64,000 bases of DNA from Paraphysomonas bandaiensis (lineage: Eukaryota > Protista > Chrysophyceae), in the NCBI GenBank assembly GCA_965644295.1, contig CBFFRP010000066.1, forward strand, positions 310,001-374,000. Reading direction: 5' to 3'. Positions within the stretch are counted from its first letter, which is position 1. Every line of letters begins with the position of its first letter. Shown here in pieces: positions 25,653 to 38,967 of this stretch. Below the pieces are notes generated by a model that made no database searches, had not been told where the DNA came from, and saw nothing but the letters and a program-made list of their open reading frames with translations. The position numbers and the translations under genes were made by a program.

Positions 25653-27047
25653 TGATATATCCTTCTTTATAGGAGTCGACCAGAATGATTATTCTATGTC
25701 AATAGATTGTGCGATATGCAGCTAATAGTACTGCTATATCATGTGTGTAAGAAATAGGAATTACTGAAGTGTAAGGGAGTTGATTTGTGACGCTGTGAAT
25801 AGAATTTTCAGCTTAATTAATACACAGACTTCCCCAATCGCGATTGTCACGTACTACTATTTTGACATTGTCTCTTGAAACGTTTGAAAGTGTTCCATTA
25901 TTCGTCCGCTTATAATTTGATAATGCACTTTACTACTGTATAAGGTCCACATTAGCGAATTAATTAGTTTTAGTCACTTTATATGTCATGTGTTTAGAAT
26001 CTATGTGTTGCTTACCTATATACCTTTGTTCTTTTAAATTGTAGAATGTGGTAGCCAACGTTGCATCACTCCAATAGTTAGTCAAATTGTTTTGCTCCAT
26101 TACTTCTAAGTCTTACACGCTTATAGCTAAAAGTCAGACATTCACTACGTCGCATTACTACCACATAGGGTGCGTCCATACGTCAAGCTATGTTTGTCAA
26201 CCAACAGAAGGGGACAAATTTGGTGGTGTTATGCTGACCCAAAATAATTCAGATAAAGCAGTCTTATATTTAGACATCAAACACACACTTCTGTGCTGCA
26301 CTTCGGTATGGTGTTACTAGTACCATTTCATAATTAAGGTTTTCGAGTTGCCACTATGAAAAATACAATTGACATCCTGACCAATGTGAATGGAAACATT
26401 AACTATAGAGTTGAGAATGTGTAGTGATGATTAGTGAACATGCATAAGTGAATGTACAGATATATATGTATGCATATATAAATGTACTGCTGTATGTATG
26501 TGCGTGCAGTATGAGTACTTGTAATAGAAGGCAATGATCTCTACTTTACATAAGCATATATATCATCACCTGAGCTCTACCAGATTATGCATCTATGTGC
26601 CAGTGATAACTAATGAATTGGCTGATATTCTTGAGTCCTGTGAGGTTAGATGTGGATTCATGTAGCCGCTTTAATTACAATGGGTGATAGAGGAAGGTTG
26701 GATTGATAATTTGTGCTGTTTGTGCCTATTTTTAGTCCTTTTCCACGTGAATTTGATGGTTTTTAAGGCATTTCATCAATATTTCGAGAAAAAGTACCTT
26801 TTATACATAAAAATGTGTTTTTAACCATTAATTTTATCCCTATTTTTATGTATATATTCTGTGTCACATGCACTTGTGGTTGTGGAATTGTATGACTTCC
26901 CAGTGCACACACACATATGTATATACATACATATATACACATACATACATATACATGCATACATATATATATGCATATATCTCATATGATAACAACATAC
27001 ACAGTAACTCACAGTAATCCTATCCTTTCACCCCTTATACTACATTA

Positions 27048-29045
27048 ATGACTGACACTCCTGTTGCACAAGTTGGTGATATCATTAAAATCAAATGGGA
27101 TACACCATCAAATACATCAGAAATATTTACAACAACCGTTAAACAAGTACGTCAAACATCAAATACAAAACACGGCAGTTCATTCTTGTATTATTTACAA
27201 TTTCATTCAAATGAAGTACGTAAAACACGTTTATTAAATCGTCAATTTGAAGTAATATCATCAACTTCAATAAATTCAATTTATATGAAAAAAAGAAAAC
27301 GATGTGATACAAGAACATGCCTACCATCTCATAAGTATATATTAGCGCCTATGGTAGGTGGATCAGAATTAGCATTTCGTATGATATGTAGAAAATACGG
27401 TACACAATTAGCGTATACACCCATGATAAATTCCGAGAAATTTGCCATTGATTCTTTATATAGACAAACAGAGTTTCAGTCTACTGAGAAGGATCGTCCA
27501 TTAGTAGCCCATTTCTGTGGGAATAATCCGGATATTATGCTAAAAGCTGCATTATATATACAAAATCAATGTGATGCAATTGATATTAATCTTGGTTGCC
27601 CACAACGTATTGCACATTCTGGTCATTTTGGATCTTATTTACTTGATGAAGAAGATCGGCCATTAGTGTTGCAAATAGTTCATACATTAGCAAGTAATTT
27701 GGAAATACCTGTATTCGTTAAAATACGGCTCTTGGATACAGTGGAAGATACGTTACGATTATGTAAACAATTAGCAACGGCTGGTGCATCTTTAATTGCA
27801 ATTCACGCAAGACATCGAGTTAATCTAGTGGGGCGAACTGGTGCAGGTGCACGAGATGGGCCCGCTCTCTTAGATCAGGTATAGTTATGTTCACCTTATG
27901 TTATTACTTGCTTGTATTTGTTATGTTTTTAGTTGCTTATATTTGTGATTATAATGTTCTAAGTTGGTTATATTTGTTATGTTATTACTTGCTTGTATAT
28001 GCTATGCTATTAGTTGCTTATATTTGTTATTTAGTATGTTATAAATTGAATATATTTGTTACGTTATTACTTGATCATATTTGTTATGCTAGTAGTTGCT
28101 TATATTTGTTATTTAGTATGTTATAAATTGATTATATTTGTTACGTTATTACTTGATCATATTTGTTATGCTAGTAGTTGATTGTATTTGTTAAGTTATG
28201 AGTTGCTTATATTTCATATTTGTTTATTATAAATTGATTATATCTGTTATCACTGTTACTAATAGTAGTGCTACTCTTCGGTATTTAATTTCGATCCGTT
28301 GCAGGTGAAGTACATAAAAGAGAATATTGGCTTTTCTATTCCTATAATATCTAACGGAAACATCATCACTCTCGAAGATGCAGAGAGAAATTTGGAGTAC
28401 ACCGGAGCTGATGGCGTTATGAGCGCGGAAGGTATCCTCGACAACCCAGCACTATATTTCAATCCCACGGATGGGCAGTCACCACCCTCGAAGCTTGCAC
28501 TTGCGCTGGAGTACATGGACATGGTGGATAAGTATGGCCCCGTGAAAATGAAGTCGGTAATATTTCACATCCGTCGCATTTGCAAGCAAGATTTCGAGAA
28601 GTATCAGTTGTTAGAGGACTGCTTAGCCTGCACAGATACCGAAAGTGTTAGGGCGGTCGTACAACAGGCGATGGACTATTCCACAGGGAAAACGGAATTT
28701 GTGTTCGACCCTTATAAATTGAAGCGAGCGAAGGAGGCTGCTGCCCGTAAGAAAGCTGAAGAAGGGAAGCGAAAAGCGTTTGAAGATCGAATGATCCGCA
28801 AAGCTAAACGTGAGGGAAAGTCAGATCTCATGTACTACCTAAATGAAGGCGCGGAGAATCCTACGTCAGAAGAGCTAGACGAATTGAAGAAAATGTCTAA
28901 AGATGAAGCTTTTCAAATATGGAAGAAGAAACATTCTCAGCATTGTTTTGCCTTTCACTTCGAGGAAGGCGGGTGTCCTCGTGATAGGAAGTGTGCTTTT
29001 TTGCATGCAGATGCTAGAATTAGTGAAGCTGTTCTCTTCGGATAA
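27048..29045 (+). CDS. DUS1: tRNA-dihydrouridine synthase 1-like protein with C-terminal CCCH zinc finger
   Basis: Motifs ILAPMVGGSELAFR, YTPM, DINLGCPQRIA, VKIR, IHAR, SNGNI, DGVMSAEGILDNPALY. Intron 27879-28304. Confidence 0.92.
27885..28250. repeat. Degenerate T-rich tandem repeat in the DUS1 intron
   Basis: An ~80-bp unit (tatttgttatttagtatgttataaattg...gatcatatttgttatgctagtagttg) at ~28021 and ~28103, plus shorter tatttgtta units. Confidence 0.75.
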
Positions 29046-30326
29046 TGGGAGTAAAAACTATGTAATTAATTTTTAGTATACACAATATATATTTTTCGTG
29101 CGCAACTATTTTCTAGTTCTGATTTGGTGAGATTGACTTGTGGGTATATGATAAAAAATCGATATACTCTCACCACTACCAATTACCTATCAACAGTATG
29201 ATATATTAGGTAGGCACGATCTTATACAGTTAATAAAATTCTGCTCACCAGGGCCTGCTGGTAGCCGTTAGTGACCCATTAATGGATGTCCAGTTCCATT
29301 AATAAAATATTTCGGCAATTGTAATGGCCATTAGTTACCATTAATGGTTGCGTCAATATGACTGACTAGATAATATCGCTCAGAACTCAGAACAGATAGT
29401 GTGGTGCCACCATAATGACTAATTATAGGTTACAGGTTAAACTCTCCTGAAATATTCTTGAAGTTGTTTCGAAGTCCTAGATATGAAGATAGTTCGCTTG
29501 TACTGGCCTCATTTTGATCTTCTACAGCAGACGATGGATGGAAGACGACTTGGAATGTTTGATGATCTGCTTTCAAAAGTTACCTCATCTTTGTGGTTTC
29601 TCTATTATAGTATAATGTGTAAAAGAAATCATATACATACATATAACAGTCGGGTATAATATATAATGTTGTCTCTAAATAGCGTATTCTCCAAAGGCTA
29701 TAATTCAAAACCTTGGAAATACTGCTTACCATAAAGCAAAACTCAACAGAGCATTCGTATTCGAACAGCTGTGAGAACTAGCCTATAGCCTACTATTTAG
29801 CAAGCTAAGGAGGCTTGCATTCACAAAGTCGATCAAATCAGAAATCAGGGTGTTTATTGTATCTCATTAGAACAGAACGACTTCTACATAGGTAAAATAG
29901 AAGTGTCACTCAATACAGCTAATAATTGTATGAACTAGAGCGACAATTTAAGAAGAATAAATACACACCATTGCATATGTATCGATTGTTATTAAAGTTA
30001 TGTGTTATCACCCGCAGCGCTTACTATTGCTGTGATTGAATCTGTAAAACTTCTCGACAAGACGATGCAATGCAACCATTTCCCCAGACCAATGTGTTGC
30101 ACGATTGTTTCACTAATCCCTGAGTATATCGCAATAAATAGCATGAAACTAGACTGATCATAAGCGAGTTTGACCATCATTTTCATATCATAGATCATTG
30201 TGTGAGATTCTGTGCGCATATTATAGTATCATAAGTGTGTTCATTTTGTGACAGCAAACCACTGCTGACTGAAAAAAACAACCAGGTGCAGTTTCATGTC
30301 ACGGAATAACCATCTCGAGTGGACAA

Positions 30327-32189
30327 CTATGCCGTTGTGGGGTATAAGACGGTAGAGCAAAACATGGGGACGAATCCATTAGGGTGTTGAGAATTCAGGC
30401 CCGATTGGCCAACAACTGATTTTGGGCTGTTGTTGGTGGGATACGGAGCATGACTACCGGCCCCATGCATCTTCAGATGTTGCATTCCCTGCGGCTGGCG
30501 GGCATATGCCGAGCGGAAATCCTCGTTCGAAGGGGTAAAAGGAGGCGCTGGGAACATGTCCACGACAGACGTCGGGGTTGAGGTTGAAGACAGGGCCTGC
30601 TGGCACTGGTAGTATGGAGTTGGAGTAAAGTACCCGTTGGGATAGTACGCACTAACTGGCGGTTGCTGAGGGGAAGGGCCTTGAGACGGACCGTAATTCA
30701 CTCCCGCTGTAGGCCACTGAGACGAAATGGAACCATTGCTCAATGGAACAGAAACTGGAGGACCGTCCATACTCGACTGCTGCTGCCCAGAGTGGTAGCC
30801 AGTATACGCATGAGGAGATGGGTAAGACATGTCAGGGTAAGACGAAAAATAAGATGATGAGGAAAAAGAATTGTGGGATACAGCCTGTTGTTGACATACA
30901 GGCGCAAAGCATCCTGGAGATCTCGCGGAAGGAGGGCAGTTCACTGCACGCCCAATAGAGTCACAAATTGGCTGCATTGGGAAGGAGGAGTTAGTGGAGA
31001 GGGACGGAGAGCTCATGCCAGCTGTAGACATGGAGTGCACTGGTGAGAGACCAGATGGCCTAGACGCAAGAGACGGGGGGGGAGGCACCGACATGAAACT
31101 ATGCAGTTCGTGCTGATACTTCGCAAATGTTTCAGTTGATACAAACAAGTTGTAGTTGACCTGGTACACATGTCGCAAGTTAACACACTATGTATGATAT
31201 AGTCGAGACACTCACCAGAGTAAGAAACTCTAGCTCCAATGCATTCATTTCGTGTGTTGAAACCCCACCTAACTTTGCGTAATAGGCATTCTTGTAGAAC
31301 TCATCATCAAACACTTTCGTGGAGAGAAGCACGCTTGTAATTAGTATACGATGTACATTAAGAGAAGTCAAGACAACGTTCCGTATCTCAATCAACCGAT
31401 CAATGTAGATGAGTGCAACTATGAAGCAGTTCGGGCTGCATTTCGCATGTTTATTTATCCTGCGAAAACTGTTACAATATACTCCAAAGAATCTATTTGA
31501 CAATTTAAGACCATATTTTACAACTAAGGAATACACATTTCAACCATACAGAACACATTCACCAACAACCGTACAGACATACAAACAACCACACACACAG
31601 CCGAATAGAAAGTCAACCCACACAGAGAACACACATACGAACAGATATATAGTCACATATACACATATGTACTCACTATCCAGTAAACAGTGAGATAATC
31701 CACCAGAGAGACATAGGCATGTATAGGGTTCACTAACAATCATACACATATACAAGCAGCTACACATAGACATATAGATATACCCGGAAAAGACATATAC
31801 AGAGATACATAGACACATACATATCCATACAGAGGGGCATACATACATACATACATACATACATACATACATACAGGGGGCTCACCTCTCAAGGTATCCT
31901 AAGATAGATATACCCAGAGAAGACATATACAGAGATACATAGACATCCATAGACATACATATCCATCCATTCATTCATATATACATACACAGACGCAGCT
32001 ATGGACTCACCTCTCAAGGTATCCTAAGATAGATATACCCGGAGCATAAGAAGACTGAAATTTTGTCACATGCTGACGCGTATTGGATTGCTGATTCACT
32101 TCAATCAACTGAGTTAATACTCTACTCAATACATGAATGATAACAGCTGAATCCTCGAACTGACTCCCACAAAAGTTAGCCATCTCCAT
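30327..32189 (-). CDS. PHO80/cyclin-U(P)-like cyclin with low-complexity P/S/Q-rich C-terminus
   Basis: Exons 32189-32011, 31459-31216, 31160-30327. Motifs [78 protein letters not shown]. Confidence 0.9.
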
Positions 32190-33950
32190 AGAGACTAGCA
32201 CTGTCTTGTAACCAATGAATGGCTACTGACAAGATGCTTGGCTTAAGCACTATACCACCTAAATACCACCACGAAGCAAATTACTTCTTCCTACCACAAA
32301 ACACTCTCGTGTAATGTATGTATACTACTCTATTAAATTCTAATCTAATCCTATCACTCTATATATATATATACGTATGTATGTATATGAACACAGAGAT
32401 ATAGAAAGAGACGTATATAGAATTCCAATAAAATTAACCATTTATTTTTTCCCTCTTGCGGTCACTTTTTCTTCGAAACGAATCAAGTTCGAACATATCT
32501 TAAAGAGATATTTAAGATTTCAGTTTATAGTTTATGGTTTGGGTATAGAAATGTACGTACATATAAAAAAAATATCTATCATTTGGTCACTTCCCTCCAA
32601 ACAAATCAATTTTTAAATGTGGAATGTATCTTCAGAGGTTTTTCATAGTTTCAGTTTTGAGTTTTTGGTGGCAGACGTTTTCAGCTAGATATCTCCAGAT
32701 TTCGGAGTATTTATGAAAATATAGGTGTTTTATAGTGCATATCCATAGACTGTGCCTATTTTTATCCATACTCAGCAGTTGCTTGATGTACAGCAGCCAG
32801 TAAAGCACTGAGACATAGATACCAAGATACGAATTAACAATCTTCTGTCACAGAGTTGTCATCAGACATTAAAAAACTGGAGCTTGAATATCTGAGAGGT
32901 CCATATGATCAATCCAATCTCCTCATGTGGACCTCTCAGTATCTGACCCATGCAACACAGCATGCATTGCTTGTACATTGATAATATCTTGTAGTTCCGG
33001 TCAGTGCTGTTTGCAGTTTGATGTGATATACCATTCAGACAAGACAGTTACAGATTTTTGTAGAGTGGTTATACCATTTGCTTGTTTGTTGGGCACTGAG
33101 TACAACATTTTATTTCCCATGTGAATTCTATCAGCTATTGGCAAAAGGTCGCAAATTATATAAGCAACGTAGAACTGTATCAAACATTCATTTTAAGTCT
33201 ACTACTGGAAAGCGGGAGAGATTGTGGAAATTGACGGGTTTAGGAACATAAATTCGTATCTAGTTCCATCATAATGAATTTCAAGTTAACAGCATACTTA
33301 TTCTATTGAATTGATCCTGCGTCCTACAATACTTTCTACTTAGAATATACACAATGGAAAGACAAAACTCTTAGGTGCGCATACGATGGCTCTAGTTCCA
33401 AAGCTATTCATATGATGCAATCGTACATTCTTCTCTTTCATACATAGAAAAAATAACATTTTTTGATAGAATTACTTGCTTTCACAGCTACTTAATACAA
33501 TGATAATTATGTGCCTAGATATCTTCATTCAACAACTTAGATCAAGATGTAAATTGCAAGCAGTGTTACCATTTTCTATGATCAAAATAGTGCAAAAAGG
33601 GAAGTTTAACGCGGAAAAATAGCATCAACCTGGGAAGTATTCTACATTATACACCTTCCAACAACCAAGGCTAAATAATATGAATAGTGAAGTACATCAC
33701 CTATATCTTATAATTAATAAACAGTGTAAATGTGGAAAAAGCGAAAATAGTAATTTGAGTAGCAACGTACTCAAAGCTGAAGTGTCATGAATCAGATGAA
33801 TCAGATGCGAAGCAGGTATTCTTTTATGAGTTTACAAAAGAAGAATGAATATAAAATACATTCAAATCTTCATGTCTCTTCATACTGGTGTTTCCTACTC
33901 TACACTCTACACTAATGAATGTAGTGCATGCCAGAGACTCATTTGGATTA

Positions 33951-35099
33951 TCAGGACATGCACGATACAAAGTTTTGCTTGGCTTGTGTCGCATGCATTC
34001 TCAGAGTACTATCTCTCATTGCGTCAACACTCTCCATCCACTTCGTAGCAAGAGACTTCTCTACTGCCTCTAATACTTTTCTTGCACCTGCGGTAGTAGA
34101 AAGATTGCATAAGACACGAGCACACGCCTGCCTGAACTCCGAAGACCAGGTTGGGCCGTCAGTAGCGAGGCAAAACATAATTCTCAAAAACTTCGGGGAG
34201 GCTATTAAATACCCTTGACAGACAGGTGAAGCAGACAAATTGGCGATTGCAGATACCGCCAGATGGGCATTAAAGTCTATTTCGGTATGATCATAAAGTT
34301 GTGCTATTGCAACTAGTGTACTCAGACATCCAGTTGAGACGACGGGTCCATGCATGTAAACGTCTTGAGAGGCATTAAGCAAAATTTTTAGGCCTTCACA
34401 CTGTACTTCCTTTGTAGGACATAAGAGCATCCCTTGCCGAACCGCCCGCAGTGCAGTCTCCATTTCAGTTTCACTTTGGTCCTCGTCGAAGCCTGCGGTG
34501 TTGGGGAGTGGTGAGGGACTCATTGAGCTATATACAGCTGATGATGGCGAAGTACACCGACTACCGTCATTTTCTAGACATGCTTGTATAGTTTGGAAAA
34601 CAGATAGAAACAAGACGTAGTCTCCGCATAAACATCTCCCTTCAACCAAGAACTGCGACTCTACCTCTACTCGATATATACAAATCGCTATAGAACACGA
34701 CATTTCTTCACGATAAACACTGGCATCCCACTAAAACATTAAATTAACCAAACAATTATCAAAATGTAACGTACTTACTCTGCAATAATCTTTCGAGAAA
34801 GTGTACGAGCAACGATTGACAACTTCCAACTGATAGTCTATTTGAAAGATCAGATTAGGCAATGAAGCGCAACACTCAAAACGAGTCAACTCCAAAACTT
34901 GTGGTATGGGTGGTACTTTAATAACAGTCTCTTCAACTGGGTCTGGACTGATGGTTGAGGATAGTAATGTGTCCGTGTCTTTGGAGGTGTTATTATCTGC
35001 AACGGACGGAGACCAAGCCCTCACCTGGTGAATATTGACACTAGCAGACATGGATCTGTAGAGAGTATCAATATCACTAAAAGAATGTGATTGATTCAT
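33951..35099 (-). CDS. KA1-like domain + ARM-like repeat protein
   Basis: Exons 35099-34779 and 34730-33951 join in frame. IAICIYRVE..FLVEGRCLCGDYVLFLSVFQTI resembles KA1. AIANLS and ARVLCNLS are ARM-like. Confidence 0.65.
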
Positions 35100-35660
35100 T
35101 GTATAATATTCCCTTCAATATGCAGTTTAGATGCAATTGTTATGATGTAATCTCTTAATACCATATTTAACCAGCTGTGTCCATAGTCTGCTCCATAGAG
35201 TACACTAGCGTATTCCTGGAACTTTCTCGCATGTCACAAGAAAACATTGTTTCGGTCCGTACGTATCGACCACATCGCAATATCAGTACGTATGTATTGC
35301 TCGACTACAGCAGGCTGTATTACAGGAACTTTCCCACAGCACCATTGTTCCAGTCCGTATGTATGGATCACACTGTAGACCACAAGCTGGAACTTTCCTA
35401 ACACCACCGGTCGGTACGTATCCATCAGACCGGTCGGGACATCCTGTATCAGGACATTTCTAGGAAATATGAGCTATGAACGGGGAGAAAATTCTAAGCG
35501 GTTGCTATATAAATCTCCGCATATTATCATATTCATATACCATTGCAATATATCGACACACTTGCAAGCTGAATATATATATATAAGTATATCTCCTTTG
35601 CAAGTATAATGATGAATTAACATCTATAGGATTACAATAGATATATTACGATTGAAAGCA

Positions 35661-36677
35661 ATGAATGATATGGTGGTTGTAGGTGAACATATGGGACAAC
35701 CTGTTGTATTGCCTCAAACGATTCCTAATGCAACCATTAACACTTGTACAATCCTAAACGAAACTATTCGAACACATGCTGGCCTCATGCAGTGGAGTAC
35801 TTGCATAATATGTGGAAATGGCATATATGAGCTCGAAAATAAAGTGATGAAAAAGTCTCACTATGGGCCTGTTTGTAGAGGTTGGATTCTCAGAAGACTT
35901 GAGGACGGGTCACTCGAAAGAACAACTGACGACTATCAGATTGTTGTGAAGAAATATTGCTGCAGAAAGGTTAGAGAAAATAGTTGTCCGGATGATGCAA
36001 TGCAGGAGTTTGCTGCGTTGGAGTTTATTGGCGAACACCCGAATGTGTGTGGATTCATTGGATGCTTCACCGATGGTCACCACTACTATTCCATTATGCC
36101 TTTCTATAATGGAAACGAGTTAATTGCCCTGGTGATGGACAATAGAACTCTTGAAGAAGCCGCTTGTAAGGAGTTATTCTTGCAGCTTTTGAATGGACTG
36201 GAGTATCTTCAGTCTCGTGGAATATTCCATAGAGACCTGTCACTGGAAAATATTGTCTGCACTGAGGACAACCGTATTGTTATTATAGATTATGGAATGG
36301 TTCTTTGTATTCCTCAAAATATAAATACTGGTGGTGCACACCTTATCCCTTCACCAGTACCCAGAGGGAAGAAAAACTACATGGCACCAGAGGTACTAGC
36401 CTATAATGAGCCCTATGACGGGTTCCGCTCGGACATATGGAGTGTAGGAATCATACTGTTCGTTATGCTCACCAAGAAATTTCCTCTGACCAAAGCGTCG
36501 CCTCTGTGCAAATTTTATCGACATATTAGAGATGGTCGACTGGCCCGAATGTGTCAGCACTGGAATATGGGTCTTTCAGCCGACGCTGAGGACCTACTTT
36601 GTCGCTTATTGTCTGCCGATCCTTCGCGGAGGCCGACCATAGCCGAGATAAGAGCACATCCTTGGTTAGCTGGGTAG
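35661..36677 (+). CDS. Ser/Thr protein kinase, CAMK/CAMKL-like
   Basis: Motifs VVKK, HPNV, HRDLSLEN, IIDYG, YMAPE, DIWSVG, RRPTIAEIRAHPWL. Intronless. Confidence 0.92.
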   Translation: MNDMVVVGEHMGQPVVLPQTIPNATINTCTILNETIRTHAGLMQWSTCIICGNGIYELENKVMKKSHYGPVCRGWILRRLEDGSLERTTDDYQIVVKKYCCRKVRENSCPDDAMQEFAALEFIGEHPNVCGFIGCFTDGHHYYSIMPFYNGNELIALVMDNRTLEEAACKELFLQLLNGLEYLQSRGIFHRDLSLENIVCTEDNRIVIIDYGMVLCIPQNINTGGAHLIPSPVPRGKKNYMAPEVLAYNEPYDGFRSDIWSVGIILFVMLTKKFPLTKASPLCKFYRHIRDGRLARMCQHWNMGLSADAEDLLCRLLSADPSRRPTIAEIRAHPWLAG

Positions 36678-37764
36678 TTGAATGTTCGTTGTTCACATGA
36701 TGAAGTAAACATATAGAATTAGTTTGATATATTCTGAATTTAAAGAGCAGTGTATGCCATTATATACGTTATTAAAAACTTTCGTTGAGTTTTTTGTGAG
36801 AGAAGACTGAGATAATAATTTCCAGATTCTAATATATGTATTAAGCCTGAGTTGAGTTCAAGTGACTATGAAATAAATAGTTAAAGTACTTCTAGCTATC
36901 ACTCGTCAACAACTACTGTGCATATACCCGAAAACTCTTTCCTAATCATTATATTACGCATACATCATACACATGCATGCGTTTGCTGCAATTAACGACA
37001 ACTGTTGAGCATATATAAATTTCACCTAATCTCATAGTTCATTACAGTACCATCTAGTTCTCATTCTACTCTCTTATGTGTATTGTGTATTGCTGCTCTC
37101 TGCTCTCTATTGGCGTTAGAACATCTTTATTTGTTTAGATCGTTAAAGGAAAGTTATGTCGTTAGACACTTATGCATTGTCGTGTAACACACATCAACAA
37201 CATTTCATAGTTATAGCTATATAGCAATTTGACTACGTATTACAGTTTTCTCACATTGTATTTAACGTATTCTACATCTCTATCTTAGAGAAACATACGT
37301 ATATCAACACTTTCTACTACGAAATGAAATTCACCAGCATTAGGCAACTAAACGAAGTAGGGCCAATGCGTAAGTGTAGATCCCGTCAATAAGCCTGGTT
37401 TCAATTAAACTGAATTTTTGTATACGTTTCAGTGGCTACGCCAAAGAAAATCTGAAGTGGAAGTCCCGTAAGGATGATTTTATGCGGAATTGTGGTTCAT
37501 ACAACTGATGTATATAATCAACATGAGATGCTCCCAGGAGCGAACATGACACTCTCTGTACGTAAATTGTAATATATGAATTCTAAACACTATAAGTTTC
37601 CTAGATCATCAGAGAAATGTCTAGGTCACAGATATAAAGCTAGCTGTAGCTGTAGTTGACAGCATCCTGCTAAATAAAGGCCACCAACTATATACATAAC
37701 ACACGCCTTAGAGTCCAAGAGTAGATCAGATTTAATTATAGACCAAGGGAGTTTATAACAACAA

Positions 37765-38396
37765 TTACACAAGGTCAACATATGGTGTGGGCTGGATGGT
37801 CTCGGGCTCATCCTCAACAGTCACAAAGAATGCTTTCTTGGGCTGGGTAGGCTGACGCTTCAAATTCACACGCTCTGCCAAAAAACAAATTAGCACCTTG
37901 TGCATTAAACTCTACTTTAATACCTCCACCCTTTCTAGCGGCGACCTTGGCGGCCTCGTTCTCCCGCTTTCTGCGGATGATTTCCTCACGGCACTTGGAG
38001 GGAGTCACATGAGGAGTGGCAACGTGAATCTGCTTTTCAAGGATTCTGCCATTGACCTTAACAAAAGTATATAAATATCAAGAACAGTAATATAAAACTT
38101 CTATACTAACCTCCTTGTTCACAGTAACACCAATAGCTCTCTTTGTCACGTTGAACACAACACCGGTTCTACCATGATAGTATTTGAATGGCATACCCTT
38201 ATGAACAGACGAGTCGACTTTAATATCCACATAATCACCACGCTATAAATACAATGAATACAGTAAATACAATGAGAAGATATTATATAACCTTGTATGT
38301 GCGGAGGAAGGTGGTGGTGTTAGGACGACCCTTGGTCTTAAAGTCCTTCTTAAATAGATGGCGAGTGCGCCCGCGATAACCAAAACTGTGAGGCAT
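37765..38396 (-). CDS. RPL21: 60S ribosomal protein L21 (eL21)
   Basis: Exons 38396-38292, 38242-38111, 38056-37924, 37874-37765 give [17 protein letters not shown]...[26 protein letters not shown]...[10 protein letters not shown]. Confidence 0.97.
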
Positions 38397-38967
38397 ATTA
38401 ACTGTAAAGATAATAAGAAATAATCGTATATAAATAACTTGTTGTAATATACCTTCTCTGACCTACTTTGGATACAAGTATAATGAATAGGATGGAGCTG
38501 AGATGATCTCTCTCTATATATACAGAGGTATGCAGAGATGTTGTTAGGTAGGTATATATATATATGTATTTACTCACATCACCACACACACTTTACTACT
38601 CCACACATCTTCAATCGACAGAAACTGAAAATAGGTAGTGATTGTTGATTTTTGACAGTCATATTTTGATGTCCAGCAATATCTTGAAAAATCCCTCAGT
38701 TCTATATCAAAAAAGGTTGAAAATTAGAGGTTTTATGAGTCTATTACTATTAAACCTTTCGGCTTACAAAATTACCTTATATCTTCAACAGTCATAAACT
38801 GAAAACGAAGGAATTTGAAAAGAAGTTTAATAATTTTTTTATATTTTTGTCTGTAAAACGACTTTAAAATAGTGTTATATATACATACATACATACATAC
38901 ACACATTTATCTCATAGAGTGATAGTATTACGACAGTTAGAGGCATCTTGTCAGTACAAGATTGCCC

